A program made the position numbers and the translations under genes. A stretch of DNA of 20,000 bases from NCBI RefSeq assembly GCF_000181795.1, contig NW_003526943.1, positions 12,017,387 to 12,037,386 of the forward strand, in the 5' to 3' direction. Below are positions 1 to 11,900 of the stretch, one piece after another. Position 1 is the first letter of the stretch. Each line of letters starts with the position of its first letter. Source of the DNA: Trichinella spiralis (lineage: Eukaryota). The notes beneath the pieces were generated by a model. It worked only from the letters and a program-made list of their open reading frames with translations. It had not been told where the DNA came from and ran no database searches.

Positions 1-2143
1 ATCAATCTTTATATGCAGTATATAAATTTCATTTATTATCAAAAACTAATCATATCTTTAAAAAGTAATTTTTTCTTTTCAACAATAGCAGAAGTGAAAA
101 ACAAAAAAATCAAGCAATACTATATTATTATTATTATCTTACGGGGTGAAAGTGAATGATCAAACAATAATTTAAATGAAAAATCAGTTAAGAGCAGCTG
201 ACATGATCATTGTGAAAGAAAGAACTTTGCAGTAATGGATTATTACTGGGAAGATATTGCTGTAATAAGTTTTACATATGCCATGAAAATAAGAATAAGC
301 CCATCGGCTAATACTAAGCATCATCATCAATTGCATAAAATAAATAAACTCAGGATCAGTTCTTTTCTATTTTTTCTATGCTTAATCAAAGAGAAAAGTT
401 ACGACTTTTGTGAAAAATACCAACGACCAGTTTTGTGAAAGAAGCACAGGAAATTTTTCCATTATACAAAGCAAGGCTATTTTTAAAACATTAAAAAGAA
501 AAAAAAGTAGTTCGCTTACCTCTTTTTTTAAATAAATATTAAATTCAATTTATTTCGCAAATGTAATTCAATTTTGAAATTAAAAAAAGAATAATAATTT
601 CACCTTATGAAATTGTGCCAAAAAAATATTGCCAATCAATCAATTCATCCAGTGAATAATTTGATCCAATAAATAATGTTGAATAAGAAATTTTTCATTC
701 AGTCAAGAATTAATTTAAACATTTTAATGAAGAGTAAGTAAATATTTTTTCAAATTAATTTTATATTTTATAGGCAAGTTGTTTTATATGAATTTTTGGA
801 GATTTAAAAAATTTAAACGACAACAAAGAAAAGTTTCTTGGACTTTGCAATAAATAAATATGGAATAAAGTAAAAGATGGAGAAATGTAATAATTAATCA
901 ATTAATTATTTTATTAAACCATCTTTTTTGTTTCGTTTTTCAAAAAGTAGTGTTACTTGGAAAAGCTTGAAACAACGCTTGAAAAGCTGCAAGAGCGGTG
1001 CAAAATAATAAATAGAAAATGTTGAATGTGAAACGGATCATGACGGATCGAAGCTTAAGAGAATTAAAAAAGCCTCTTCTTTGCAAAATTTCAAAAATAG
1101 CAACCACTTTCAGCAAGTGTTGTTGTTCTAAATTGCAAATGCAAATTCTTTGCAATCATCAAAGCCAATCTGTCAGTACAATGTGTTACGCATCTCAATT
1201 TCAATATGACAATTTTGAAACATATTTTTAATCGGACTATTTTTCCATCAAACATATTTTTATTTTTATTAATTCATTTATTTATTAACAAATAATATAA
1301 CACTATTTTTAAATTTCTTTAGCCATTGAAAAGATTAATAATTATTACCACAATTACGACGACGAAATCATCCAAAATGAAAACAATCATTCATCCATCC
1401 ATCCAACCATTTTTGCACACCTCTCAAAACTTTTTGTTTACCAATTTTATTTTTAATTCAATAAATCATCCTTCGCATGAAATATAATTTTGTTTCTTTA
1501 TAAAATTTTTGTTTTAAAAAAATCATCTTCATAAAAAACGACAAATTATTTTCTCAGTAAATAAAACAATAAATACAGTTGGTATATATATAATGAATTT
1601 CAATATATTTGTTCATTTTTTTTATTTTTATAAAATCTATATGTCCGCAAGTAATGTAATTTTTGAAAAATCTGTGCATGCGTGTGAACTTTTCTGCTTT
1701 GTACTTTGAAAAATAAACCAATGAGTGCCAAATTTCAAGAATAAATTAATAAATTTAAAAAAGGTTAAAAGTTTGCAACTATTAACAACAAGAAAAATTA
1801 ATAATAAACTGAAACTGAATTTATTTTTTATAATGCTAAATAAAATCACGCTGTTATTGGTCGTTAAAACGCACAATCATCGTTTCAATTCCAGCAGGCC
1901 GGATAATTGCTTGCTGCGTAAAAATTATTTCAACGCGTTTACACACAGACATTTATTCGACCATTGATTGCAAATTTAATGTTGTGTCATTAAATTTTAG
2001 TTGTTTGCTCAGCGGAATCGCATATCTCTCGTCTGCTGCTCATAGCTTCGCTATTTACAAGCAAGCGGCTCCAAAAGATGCAAAGAATCATTTTCACAAA
2101 TGTCAAATATTAGCTATATTCAAAGAAATCACTTTCTCACTCA

Positions 2144-2173
2144 CTCTCTCTCTCTCTCTCTCTCTCTTTCTCT
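2144..2173. repeat. (CT)n microsatellite
   Basis: Directly visible ctctctc... run with one interruption. Confidence 0.9.
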
Positions 2174-3021
2174 AATTGACAAATATACTTTTGCGTTTTC
2201 TTAAAAATTATTACATTTTTTTCATTTTTCTTTACACTTATTATTGTCATTTGTTAAAAAAATTAATTTTTGTTGTGTATAAATTTGTAAACAATTTTTG
2301 CAATTTTACATTATTTTTTACAGGACAGAATTCAAATTTCACCAGTGACTATTTAAAGAAAAACGAAAAACCTCATTACATGCAATATTCATTCATTTTA
2401 ATAACATCCATTATTAGAATGCTGAATGGACATTTCAAATTGATTTACTTTATTTGCATTGTTCATAATGAGCATGCTCTTTTCACAATATTATAACATG
2501 CTTTCAAATTGTACTCCCACTCAAAGTTGACAATCATATAAATATCAACGCTCTTTTACATGTATATGTAAAAGATGATTGGCTGCAAATTTGATCGTTT
2601 AATTGCTAATCGAAAAATGTCATTCACTGTTTAATCACAAGTGAGCACAGATGAAACAAAGTTTCCAATTATTTATTATCACAATCTGTTGAACAATACT
2701 TTTTCTATTTTCATATTTTCAAACAATTTTTCTTTTTTTACGTTTGTCAATTTTAAGTGACGATTAAAAAAGAATATTGAAATTAATTTTACTAAAATGA
2801 ACATATTATTTAAAAAGTGATAATTTTTGAATTTACAATTTTATTGTAAAAGAGACTGTCAAAATTTCGTTCAAAAGGTGAACATCTGTTTATAATTTGT
2901 TCCTCAATGTCACAGTTAATTAGTGATTAATTTATGAAAAGCAGCAAATTATCCCAACATAACAACTGCTACTTATGAAGCAATTTAGCAGTGACAGTGT
3001 TCATGATCATCATGTCAGAGC

Positions 3022-3052
<31 letters not shown>

Positions 3053-3098
3053 CGACGATAATGATAATGATGATGATGATGATCGTCGTCGTCGTTGT
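3022..3098. repeat. Imperfect (ATG)n trinucleotide microsatellite grading into (GTC)n/(GTT)n
   Basis: atgatgatg... with acg and ata variants, followed by gtcgtcgtcgttgtt. Confidence 0.92.
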
Positions 3099-3644
3099 TG
3101 CCGTCGTCAGTATGGAAAAGCAATTTGCTCGAAAACGATCTAGTGGTGGCGCGTCAGGAAAAGGCGGTACAAAAATTGACCAATCATCAGTTGATCCGGA
3201 AAAATGAACCAATCAAAAATAGACTAAATAATATCTTCCGGTCAGCTTGCGCTAGAGTCGACTTGTTGCAACGTTCGTGTACAAAATACTGACAATTGTT
3301 GTCAAACGACGTTCAGCGTGATTAAACAAGATCGTGGTGGGACCGGCTCTGACCTTATTGTAGAACTAAAGCAAGCATACGCTTGCTTGGCTGTTAGTGA
3401 AGCTTGTTTATACTATCAAGACCAAGACACTCTGACCGACAGTAATTCTCAATCGTAAAAGCTGTTGGTCAAGCGAGCGATTAGTTGTTGTAATTGTAGT
3501 TGGACAAGTTGAGGAGTTCTTGAACTTTTGGTGAATGAGAAAGAATTGTTCAATTTCAGTTGACAATTTGGAAAGCAAAAAACATATATAAAGAAAGAAA
3601 AAACAGTACAAAACTGATTATCTAAAATTAAGCTAATTAAGCTT

Positions 3645-4220
3645 ATGGAAATGAGCCCTGAAGTGGCACCGAAAACCTGTTCCTATTCAATTCAAGCTCT
3701 TCTAAATGATGATCAACCTGATGACAACATTCGAATACCACGACTACCACCACCACCACCACCACCACCACCAGCAACCACAACAACAACAACAACAACC
3801 ACTAAGCCAGATCGACCGTTAGCTGTTCACGGAGGAACTTGGTGGAACCAAGCCAATTCGTTGTATTCTGGATTCATGCCAAAAATGTGGTACCAAGAAC
3901 CTCAGCCCGATCCACGCTTGTTGGCTTTGTGGCAACTGGCCCATGTGCACGCTCACGCCCTTGGTACAGCCGCCGTGGCAGCGAAGAGTCACCAAGAAGC
4001 AGCTCCACAATGCATCCAAACACCGGCAACGAATACCAGTTGCAATAATCGGATGTTGGATTTGGACTGTTCATCTGCATGCAGGAAGCAGAGTCGTCCA
4101 ACATTTACCGGACCGCAGATATTTGTACTGGAGAAAACGTTCGAACAAACCAAGTACCTCGCCGGTTTGGACCGCGCCAAGTTGGCTTCACGTCTTGGCA
4201 TGACGGAGAGCCAAGTTAAG
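3645..4220 (+). CDS. cog-1: NK6-class homeobox transcription factor (Nkx6/COG-1/HGTX orthologue), coding exon 1 (192 codons): eh1 motif, poly-Pro/poly-Thr tract, homeodomain residues 1-46
   Basis: ATG at 3645 with an in-frame TGA upstream (3615-3617). Translation from 4083 is [46 protein letters not shown], matching the Nkx6 signature ([34 protein letters not shown]). It ends at a perfect donor AAG|GTAAGT (4220/4221), phase 0. Confidence 0.95.
3684..3704 (+). other. eh1/TN Groucho (UNC-37/TLE) co-repressor binding motif YSIQALL
   Basis: Fits the eh1 consensus (F/Y)SIxxIL at residues 14-20, the usual N-terminal position in NK-class proteins. Confidence 0.8.
3747..3803 (+). repeat. Coding compound microsatellite (CCA)9-GCA-(ACN)9 encoding P9-A-T9
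   Basis: Directly visible and in frame within exon 1. Confidence 0.92.
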
Positions 4221-4770
4221 GTAAGTTATGAGAAAAGAAAAATTTTTTGTCTTTTCACAATATTTTCCTCTGATCCTCATGCTTAATTTTCCCCTTAAAA
4301 TCATTCTCATAAAAAATTGTAGCTAGTTTTTTCAAACATTTTTTCAAAGCTCTCAAACAAATGGACATGTGCAATAGTGAACTTTTTTTAGTTTTTATTA
4401 TGCAATTACTTTTATCATGATTTTGAGATTGTTGTTGTTTGCATTCACTTTAAACGTTTTATGGTTGAATATATTTAATAATGGTTAAACCTACTAATTC
4501 AAATTGACTCACATTAAATTTGTTTTTTTTTATATTGTAACTTTATGAGAAATGCAAACGCTGACGAGTCGTTCAAATATTTAGGCACGGTGTTTTTGAG
4601 AACAACGATAGTTTCGCATCAGTTCTCTCCTTTTATATTATATTGAAACATTAACGATGTGCTATTTAACGCTATATATTGACCTAAAAAGTGAAAAGTG
4701 CTTATTTCTGTTGCAAGAGTACTTACTCAATTATTTTAAGCACATAATGTTCATGTACAAGTGGTACCAT

Positions 4771-4802
<32 letters not shown>

Positions 4803-6067
4803 TTGTAGAACTGTGAGTTATTAAGTTTATTGATTCAAAATGGAAATTTGTTTTATCATATAATCTGACGCTTTGCGCAGATTGAAATGAAATGAATTGA
4901 ATTGTAAATTAAATGCTTCTAATGTTATTATAATTTTATGTCCGGGGGAAAATTGAAAATGTAAAAACAATTATGCAAGTGTGTAAATTTATATTAATAA
5001 ATAGTGTCGTATTTTGTTTATTGGCTGGAGAAATTTGTTGTTCTTTGAATTATATCATTGAGTAATGGAATGATGTAATTAATATCTGATAATACAATAT
5101 AAAAGAAGAGAATGTAAAGCGATTGACATTTGCAGTGAAAAAATTGTTTGCAAAAGCATCTTACAAGAATGTAAATTTTGTTTGTAATTGATTTTTTAAT
5201 AATTTAAAAAGTTCATAATAATTTGATTTGCTTAACCAGCTGCGAGATGGATGATGAGCGCATTTTTATGTGTAGATTAAATAATGCGTTGAAATATTTT
5301 CTTACACTCGCTCGAAAGACACTCATGAAATGACGTGCCATTTTGATTTATGAACGACCGCACTTCTGGCATATGAAAAGCGACTGAAAAATGTCACTCT
5401 CGCATTTGCAATGTTGCTCATATTTCTTTACAAAATAATAATAATTCTCATTACAAGGGACTTAATAAGAAGAGAAAATTTTTTTTTGCTTTCATATATC
5501 GAGGTTTATTTCAAAAATTTGACGTAGCTGCAAATTATGCATTAGAAAAAAAATATGTGTATATAATACTTTAGATAGCTATTTGGTTTTGCATTTTCAG
5601 ATGTTGTGTTTTTCCCAAATTGTTGCTATTTGAGCTATGTCGAATATTTGAGTTTAATTTTTTTTAATAAATACATTATTTATTTTTTGTTTCATATGCC
5701 AATAGATAAGCGTTGAAAAAAAAGCATGTTTTTGTTGAGCTGCATGTTGTTGTTGCTATGTAAAGGAAAAATAAAAAATTGTTTTAAAATTGAGTACGAT
5801 AGAAAAGGGAAAAAAGCTTTCAGTCTTTGTAAACAGTCGGTGATAAAAATCTGTAATCATTAAGGTTAGCTTGAAAGATGTTGATTTTTATCAAAGTGAC
5901 GTCTACTCCATTCTGGGTATATAAATATCGTGCAGAATGAATGTGTAATGAAATAATTATTAATTTAATGTTTGAATTGCGATTTCATTTGCTTGTTGTC
6001 CGAGAATTAATGTGAAGCTTGTATACTGTGAGTATTTTAATTTTTCCATCTTCCATTTCTTTCTTAG
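4221..6067 (+). other. Spliceosomal GT-AG intron (1847 nt, phase 0) between homeodomain codons 46 and 47
   Basis: Starts GTAAGT and ends with a pyrimidine tract, ttccatttctttcttag. Splicing restores QVK|VWFQNRR in frame. Confidence 0.93.
4771..4802. repeat. (AC)n(AT)n compound microsatellite in the intron
   Basis: acacacac followed by atatat... Confidence 0.9.
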
Positions 6068-6202
6068 GTGTGGTTTCAAAATCGTCGCACGAAGTGGCGT
6101 AAGCAAGAAGCATCGCAGATGGCGAAGGCAAAAAATGATCAAGATCGTTTGTTGCAGCAGAGTCCAAATTCGGTGTCAGAAAATCAACCTGGACCCGACT
6201 GA
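6068..6202 (+). CDS. cog-1: NK6-class homeobox gene, coding exon 2 (44 aa plus stop); not shown in the ORF track
   Basis: My translation: VWFQNRRTKWRKQEASQMAKAKNDQDRLLQQSPNSVSENQPGPD, then TGA (6200-6202). It contains helix 3 with Q50 and T54. The flank EASQMAKAK resembles the Nkx6 HAAEMATAK extension. Confidence 0.95.
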   Translation: MWFQNRRTKWRKQEASQMAKAKNDQDRLLQQSPNSVSENQPGPD

Positions 6203-6409
6203 CCATGGAAATGTGCTTTTCACAGATTTCAATGTTCGCACACGGTGCCTCCGCCAGGAAAATGCCAAAACAAACGAATATTTTTTTTCACGCTTATTTT
6301 CATTTGCATTTTTTGTTTTTCCATTCAATCATCCCTTGTTCTTTTATGTTTGTGCTTTTTTATATTGTCTCTTGTATATTTATCCGCCTGAATGTGCAGA
6401 AAAGTGTAA

Positions 6410-6415
6410 AATAAA
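6410..6415 (+). promoter_or_regulatory. Probable polyadenylation signal (AATAAA) of the homeobox gene
   Basis: First AATAAA after the stop, about 210 nt downstream. It follows a T-rich, 3'UTR-like tract and sits just before an abrupt shift to GC-richer sequence. Confidence 0.55.
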
Positions 6416-6479
6416 AGCCCACTGCTAGACAGAACGGCGCCGCTTTGGGAACGACAAACACATTGTCCACTTGCTTCAT

Positions 6480-6515
6480 TGCTTGCCTGCTTGCTTGCTT
6501 GCTTGCTCGCCTGCC
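6480..6515. repeat. Imperfect (GCTT)n tetranucleotide repeat
   Basis: tgcttgcctgcttgcttgcttgcttgctcgcctgcc. Confidence 0.85.
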
Positions 6516-7068
6516 CCTCACTACATTGCCGCCGGACATGAACAAAAGTGATACCAAGGCGCACCTGCAGAGTTTTAACGAGCTTGGCAGGCGGAACCGG
6601 CGACCGGGCGGTCGCGAGGCGATGATCCGTCTATTCAAATGCTGTAGAACTTATTGTATCCTAGGGTTGCCATAAAATCCTAATTGTCACTTTATGAGCA
6701 CGTTTGAAGACAGGGTCGATCGACTGATCAACGAACAGACACTCTGGCGACGCTGACTTTGCAAATGGATAATTAGCCTCACGTATATATATATATGGCC
6801 TTCATTGCACGACCCGTCGGAACTGGTTCACACTTATAAAGCCCATTACAATCATCTCATATTGTTCAAAGCGGCATCTTTTTTCTTCTGCTGTCACCTA
6901 ATCGAGGTCAGGGTATTTCGTTATGGAGTATGACCACGGTCAAACATTGGCAAACAAACTGAACCTCACCGGAACTAAATTGTATACTTTGCAAATAGGC
7001 TTTAATGAAGCCCAAATGAAAGTCATTCTTCTCTCACGGCCTTTAAAATGGAAAAAAAATTGAGAACA

Positions 7069-7087
7069 TCACACACACACACACACA
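7069..7087. repeat. (CA)n microsatellite
   Basis: Directly visible. Confidence 0.85.
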
Positions 7088-7624
7088 ACAGGGTTTCGAA
7101 CACAATTTTTTCTATTCATTACATATAAACCTCATGTATAGATATATTTTCTCAAGGAGAGCAAGTTTGAAAATAATCTGTGAAAATGGTAATTTTATTA
7201 GCAAATGTCAATGAATGAAAAATACATTTGAAAAGAAAAACATTGATCTTCTGCTTCATTTGTTATAAGCAATTAATTTTTCGTGAAATGATTGGTAAAT
7301 TTTTGACGTACATTTAACAAATTGTTTACAATTATTATTATTATTAATAATATTTGAACGCATTGGCGGTTGAAAACAGTTGTGCGTTAACTGTTTGCAA
7401 TCGAATTATGAATGCTGCATATGGCTGCAATTATATTTCGAAGGTGTGCGCGTATCATGTGAAAGTGGCAATAATTTCCATCCAGTCAACCAACGTCACA
7501 CCAAACACTCCGATGGACATTTTCAACACAGTTGTTGCAGCTTTTTCTCGATAAACTGATCGGCATGCGAGAATGGCTCTATTCAAGCAGGCACTGTTCC
7601 CACCCAACATGACCCTTTGAAATC

Positions 7625-7642
7625 ATATATATATATATATAT
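7625..7642. repeat. (AT)n microsatellite
   Basis: Directly visible. Confidence 0.85.
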
Positions 7643-8500
7643 AAATGTAAAACATGAACAGTTTAAACGGTCAAATTATGCATCATATTTTTCTGGTTCA
7701 AAAAGCACTTTTTGATTTGAAAATTAAATTTCTACCTTAAAATTAAACTACCAGCTTCAGTAAAAAAATTACTTTGCAGGTTATATTCATTATTATGAAA
7801 TATACGTATAAAATTTAAATCTTATAATAAATCATGATCAATTATGCAAATTCAACTGAAATTCATAAATAATTCATTGATTCATTCAAATGTAACACTC
7901 CAAACAGATAAACATGAAATGATTGGTATTTTTGAACAGTATCTATGATAATTCTTTTACAAATAAAATTGTTCATTAAAAAGAAAAAGAATACATAAAC
8001 TGCATCTAAAAAAATTAATTTTAACAGTTAATACGAGAAAATTTAATTTATATGGTAAATTTGTGTAAATTTCATTTATTTCATTTTAGTATGAATAATA
8101 AAATAAGTTTTACAAAGAAGAATTTTAATTTTAAGATATGAATATTTTCTTTTTTTCAGACAAGATCAATTTTTCCTGGTTGAAAAGTGTACACAAACAG
8201 AAAGATATTGCGTTATTTATTAAAATTATTCATAAATGCAATTTTTCTTTTTAAATTGCAGTTGTTCTCAAGATATAACAAAGTACTTTTACTGATTGCA
8301 GAAATGTGTATTGTTGGAAATTTTTCATTTTTGAAAAAGAAATACTTTTATGATTGATATGTTCGAATAGTTGAATAGCTTTGAAACATCCGATTGAATA
8401 ATTTCAATTTCTAAGCTTTATATGAGCCAAATGAATGCAACATTCTTAGCTGAGAAAGAAAACTTTTGGAAGAAATGGATCTGACCACCAACCTAGTCAT

Positions 8501-8523
8501 CTAGCTAGCTAGCTAGCTAGCTA
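8501..8523. repeat. (CTAG)5+ self-complementary tetranucleotide repeat
   Basis: ctagctagctagctagctagcta. Confidence 0.9.
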
Positions 8524-8951
8524 ATTGTTTTGGCCTTGCGGATAGATCAAAATCAGCGAAAAACATTCAGTAAAGTATACTGAAGCAAGTTCAAACAACT
8601 GCTATACTCTTTGATGACTTTTTTCCAGGTAAATTGAGCAATTTAACAAATGTGTAAACCAACTGGCATATTTGCTGGAATTGTTAGAAAATTTTGTCAA
8701 TTATAATAAAATTGGCAATAAAATCTGAAATACTGCTAAATGTTAATTACTATACGTTATTCTTTTCAATTGTCGTAATTTCGAAGTGATAATGTAAATT
8801 TTTAGAAAAAAGGAATTTTTATTTTTCAATAAAAAATTCAAAAAATGCAAACAGTAAATTGAGCTTGTATTCAATAATCCAATATCATCAACAACAAATG
8901 ATACTTGCACTGAAAAGTTTTCAAAAGTATTAAAATGCCAATTAAAAAATG

Positions 8952-8977
8952 TAATAATAATAATAATAATAATAATA
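8952..8977. repeat. (TAA)n microsatellite
   Basis: Directly visible. Confidence 0.85.
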
Positions 8978-11900
8978 AACAATAAATTTCAGGCAAGTTT
9001 TTGTTTAAAGCGTTTATTTTAGTATGCAATATCGTTGTTGTGAATAAAAAAAAATGAAACTGTTGCTTTAAACTTTGCTAATAAAAATAACACACGAACC
9101 ATTTTTATATCAAAAGCAATTTAACTTTTTATTATTTATTTAATTTTACGAGTAAACAGTGCTCTAATTTAAAAATGAAATTATGCCAATCTTGGAAGTC
9201 AAGCACTGCCTGAAGGTCAATGCAATAAGAAGTAATAATAATAATAAAGCAGAATATTGAATCATTTCGTCATAACATGATTAAAATAATTACCTCACAA
9301 ACTGGTTGAAGATTATTATTATAATTATTATAAAATAACTTCAACTTAATGCAATAATAAATAACTGAAACGGTATTTTGTACTATTGAAATGGAATTTT
9401 AATAAGAATTAGTTTTAAAAAATGAATTGCAATTTTTTTTAATATTTTATTACAAGTTATGATAAAATTTTTTGTTTTGTTTTCTTTGAACACTCCACTA
9501 ATGACACTTTTCTTGTTTATCCCATTGCTTGACGTTGATTAATTGCAATTTATAATAATTAATATTTAAAAAAATTTAATAAATATATAAATAATTGAAA
9601 ATTATAACAACAGTGTTTATTTGTCGAACTAAATATTATAATAAGATCAAAGTTATAAAAAAGACTACAAGATTTCAATTTCAATTGCATATCTTTGAAA
9701 AACATACAACACCTATGTTATTTAATGTGTTGATAATAATAATTCCATTCAAATTTTTTTGTAGATGAATCGAAGATCAGAAATATTACAGTAAAAAAAA
9801 AGAAAAAATATATGTAATTTTCTTGTTTCTTTCTTTTTGCATTACACGCTATTGTTGTAAATTGGATAAAAAAATTGACGACGTTATGGAAATGACGACA
9901 TTGATTATCAGTCATTCATGTTGCAAATTGTTGTCAATTTCAATTTGAACTTTAAGCATATTTTTTCTTCTTTATAATAATTTCACGTTTAATTTTATGA
10001 CTAGGCTCATATTAATGTAATAAATAGCATTTCCTGACACATTCAGATTTGCACATTATCTGATGGTTTTATTATTAAATATTAATTTAATACCAATTAT
10101 AAAAGCATTTGCAAAGCAAATAATACCATCATCGCCTGTGAGATGATTGAAATTCTTTAATTTAAAAAATTGAAAAATCTATTCTTCACTAATTTGTTTT
10201 TTCTACTTCTGCCGTTTGAAAATTTAAACAAATAAAAATCATTGCGAATTAATAAATTAATTTGAAATCTGAGTACAATAATAGATTAAAATTAATCATT
10301 TCTGGTAAATAACATTAATTTCAAATTACCTCGAATATTAAATTCATAACATTTAATTAAATCGTTTAATTGATGAAAGGAAATTGAGCAAGCAAAAATT
10401 AATAAAAATGATTTGAAATTAATTTTCAAAATTTCTTAAAGCTTCATTATATTTATTTTTGTCTTTTGTTTTCACAGAACAGCATATTCATAAAACACTT
10501 CATATCCTATTATACTGAAGTCTAAAAGAAGAGGGATTTGGCATGATTTAAGTGCATCATAATTGAATAATTAAAAAATGTTTTTCATTTACATTAGTCG
10601 CATTACTTTACACCATACATATTATAATCTTACATGTTTGCATAATAAATACGCACAGGTTGTTTGTTATCTTGTATGTGTTGATCTAACATGTGAAACA
10701 GAATAACAGTTGTGTAATGTAACAGATATTATTCATTAAATAGCTTTTCTTCTTCAATCATTTATTGACATGTCTTAATTTAGCAGAAATTTAGCATCTT
10801 TAACAGCCTTGTACGTCAAACTGAAAAATGTAACGTAAACTATGAAGAAGCAATATTTGAACGGAATTGCAAAATGGAATTGTTTATTATTACGATCATT
10901 TTTCATTGATGCATTTATTTAAATATTTTTTTCTCTCATATTGTTTGTTTTTGTCGATTAATTTTATTTAATTCAACTCAGTTTATAACAACTGTGGCAA
11001 TTTTAATAAATAATTTAGCAAAACCTGATTCAGTTTTTCAACCGTATAAATTTCCAATGAAAAATATAAATCAAAAGTAACATTTGAAATAATTTTTAAA
11101 ATTAATAAAAGAAGCATTGAACTAAAAAAATTTATCAGTTGAATCATTAAAAGCAATTGAAACTGAAAGCAAACTTCTAAATTTTACTTTTATCTTCAGT
11201 TTTTTTATTAAATTTTTTTCTAAACTTCTTTTCTCTATAAACATTATACTATCTTCAAATGCATTTATACTTACATGCAAATACATACATATATATATTT
11301 GTCTATATATGTATATAATTGTCTTTTATGTGTCTTCTTATAATCATATTTCAATTTCAGAATTTTCAAAGAGTAAAAAACAGTAAATGAATGTACAAAA
11401 AATATTTTTTATGAATGAAGAACAAAAAAGTTACGCAAGAATATGTTCTATGTTGTAAAATGTAAATGATAGCTTTCAAACTAGCAAGAGAACAACTGTT
11501 CAATATACAGTATTCAGTATTGATGCATTATTGAATTTAAATAAGGCATTGAAATCAAATGAAGCATAAATTAATAATCATCCATACGTCATGCATATTA
11601 AACAACATAGCAACATCATATGATAATTTTTAATTCTTTCAGAAAACATTACTTTAACAGTTTATTTCATAATTTTTTAAAAATACATTGCAACTTTTAC
11701 TCACCTTTTAAAAACATTTTTGTTGTTTGTAGTATTCCACACAAAATATATGAATCATTTGTTTTTTCTTCAACAATAATTTCATATCATACGACATTTT
11801 CAAAGTGAAATAGAAATAAATGGTCGATGCTTATAACAAATTTTCTGCTTTTTTATTAAAATATAAATTGATAAATTAATATAAAGTACTTGCAAAAGGA

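Noticed and set aside
140..2500. Short hydrophobic or Lys/Asn-rich ORFs and possible minus-strand GTAAG donors near 141 and 519
   Set aside because: Composition is typical of random AT-rich DNA. I could not build a consistent exon chain or recognise a domain. A divergent gene cannot be fully excluded without blastx.
3015..3212. Poly-Met ORF (3022-3207, +) and poly-Ile ORF (3015-3212, -)
   Set aside because: Both are products of the (ATG)n microsatellite and carry no recognisable domain.
4221..4286. ORF-track extension VSYEKRK... suggesting a truncated homeodomain or pseudogene
   Set aside because: This is read-through into the intron. Helix 3 is intact in exon 2 at 6068.
6012..6675. Several 60-138 aa ORFs on both strands around exon 2
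   Set aside because: They are off-frame or antisense to the true exon, or driven by the T-rich UTR and (GCTT)n repeat.
7597..8491. Single CSL/LAG-1-like site (TTCCCAC, 7597-7603) and a Gli-like GACCACCAA (8483-8491)
   Set aside because: Isolated short motifs are expected by chance in 20 kb and are not clustered.
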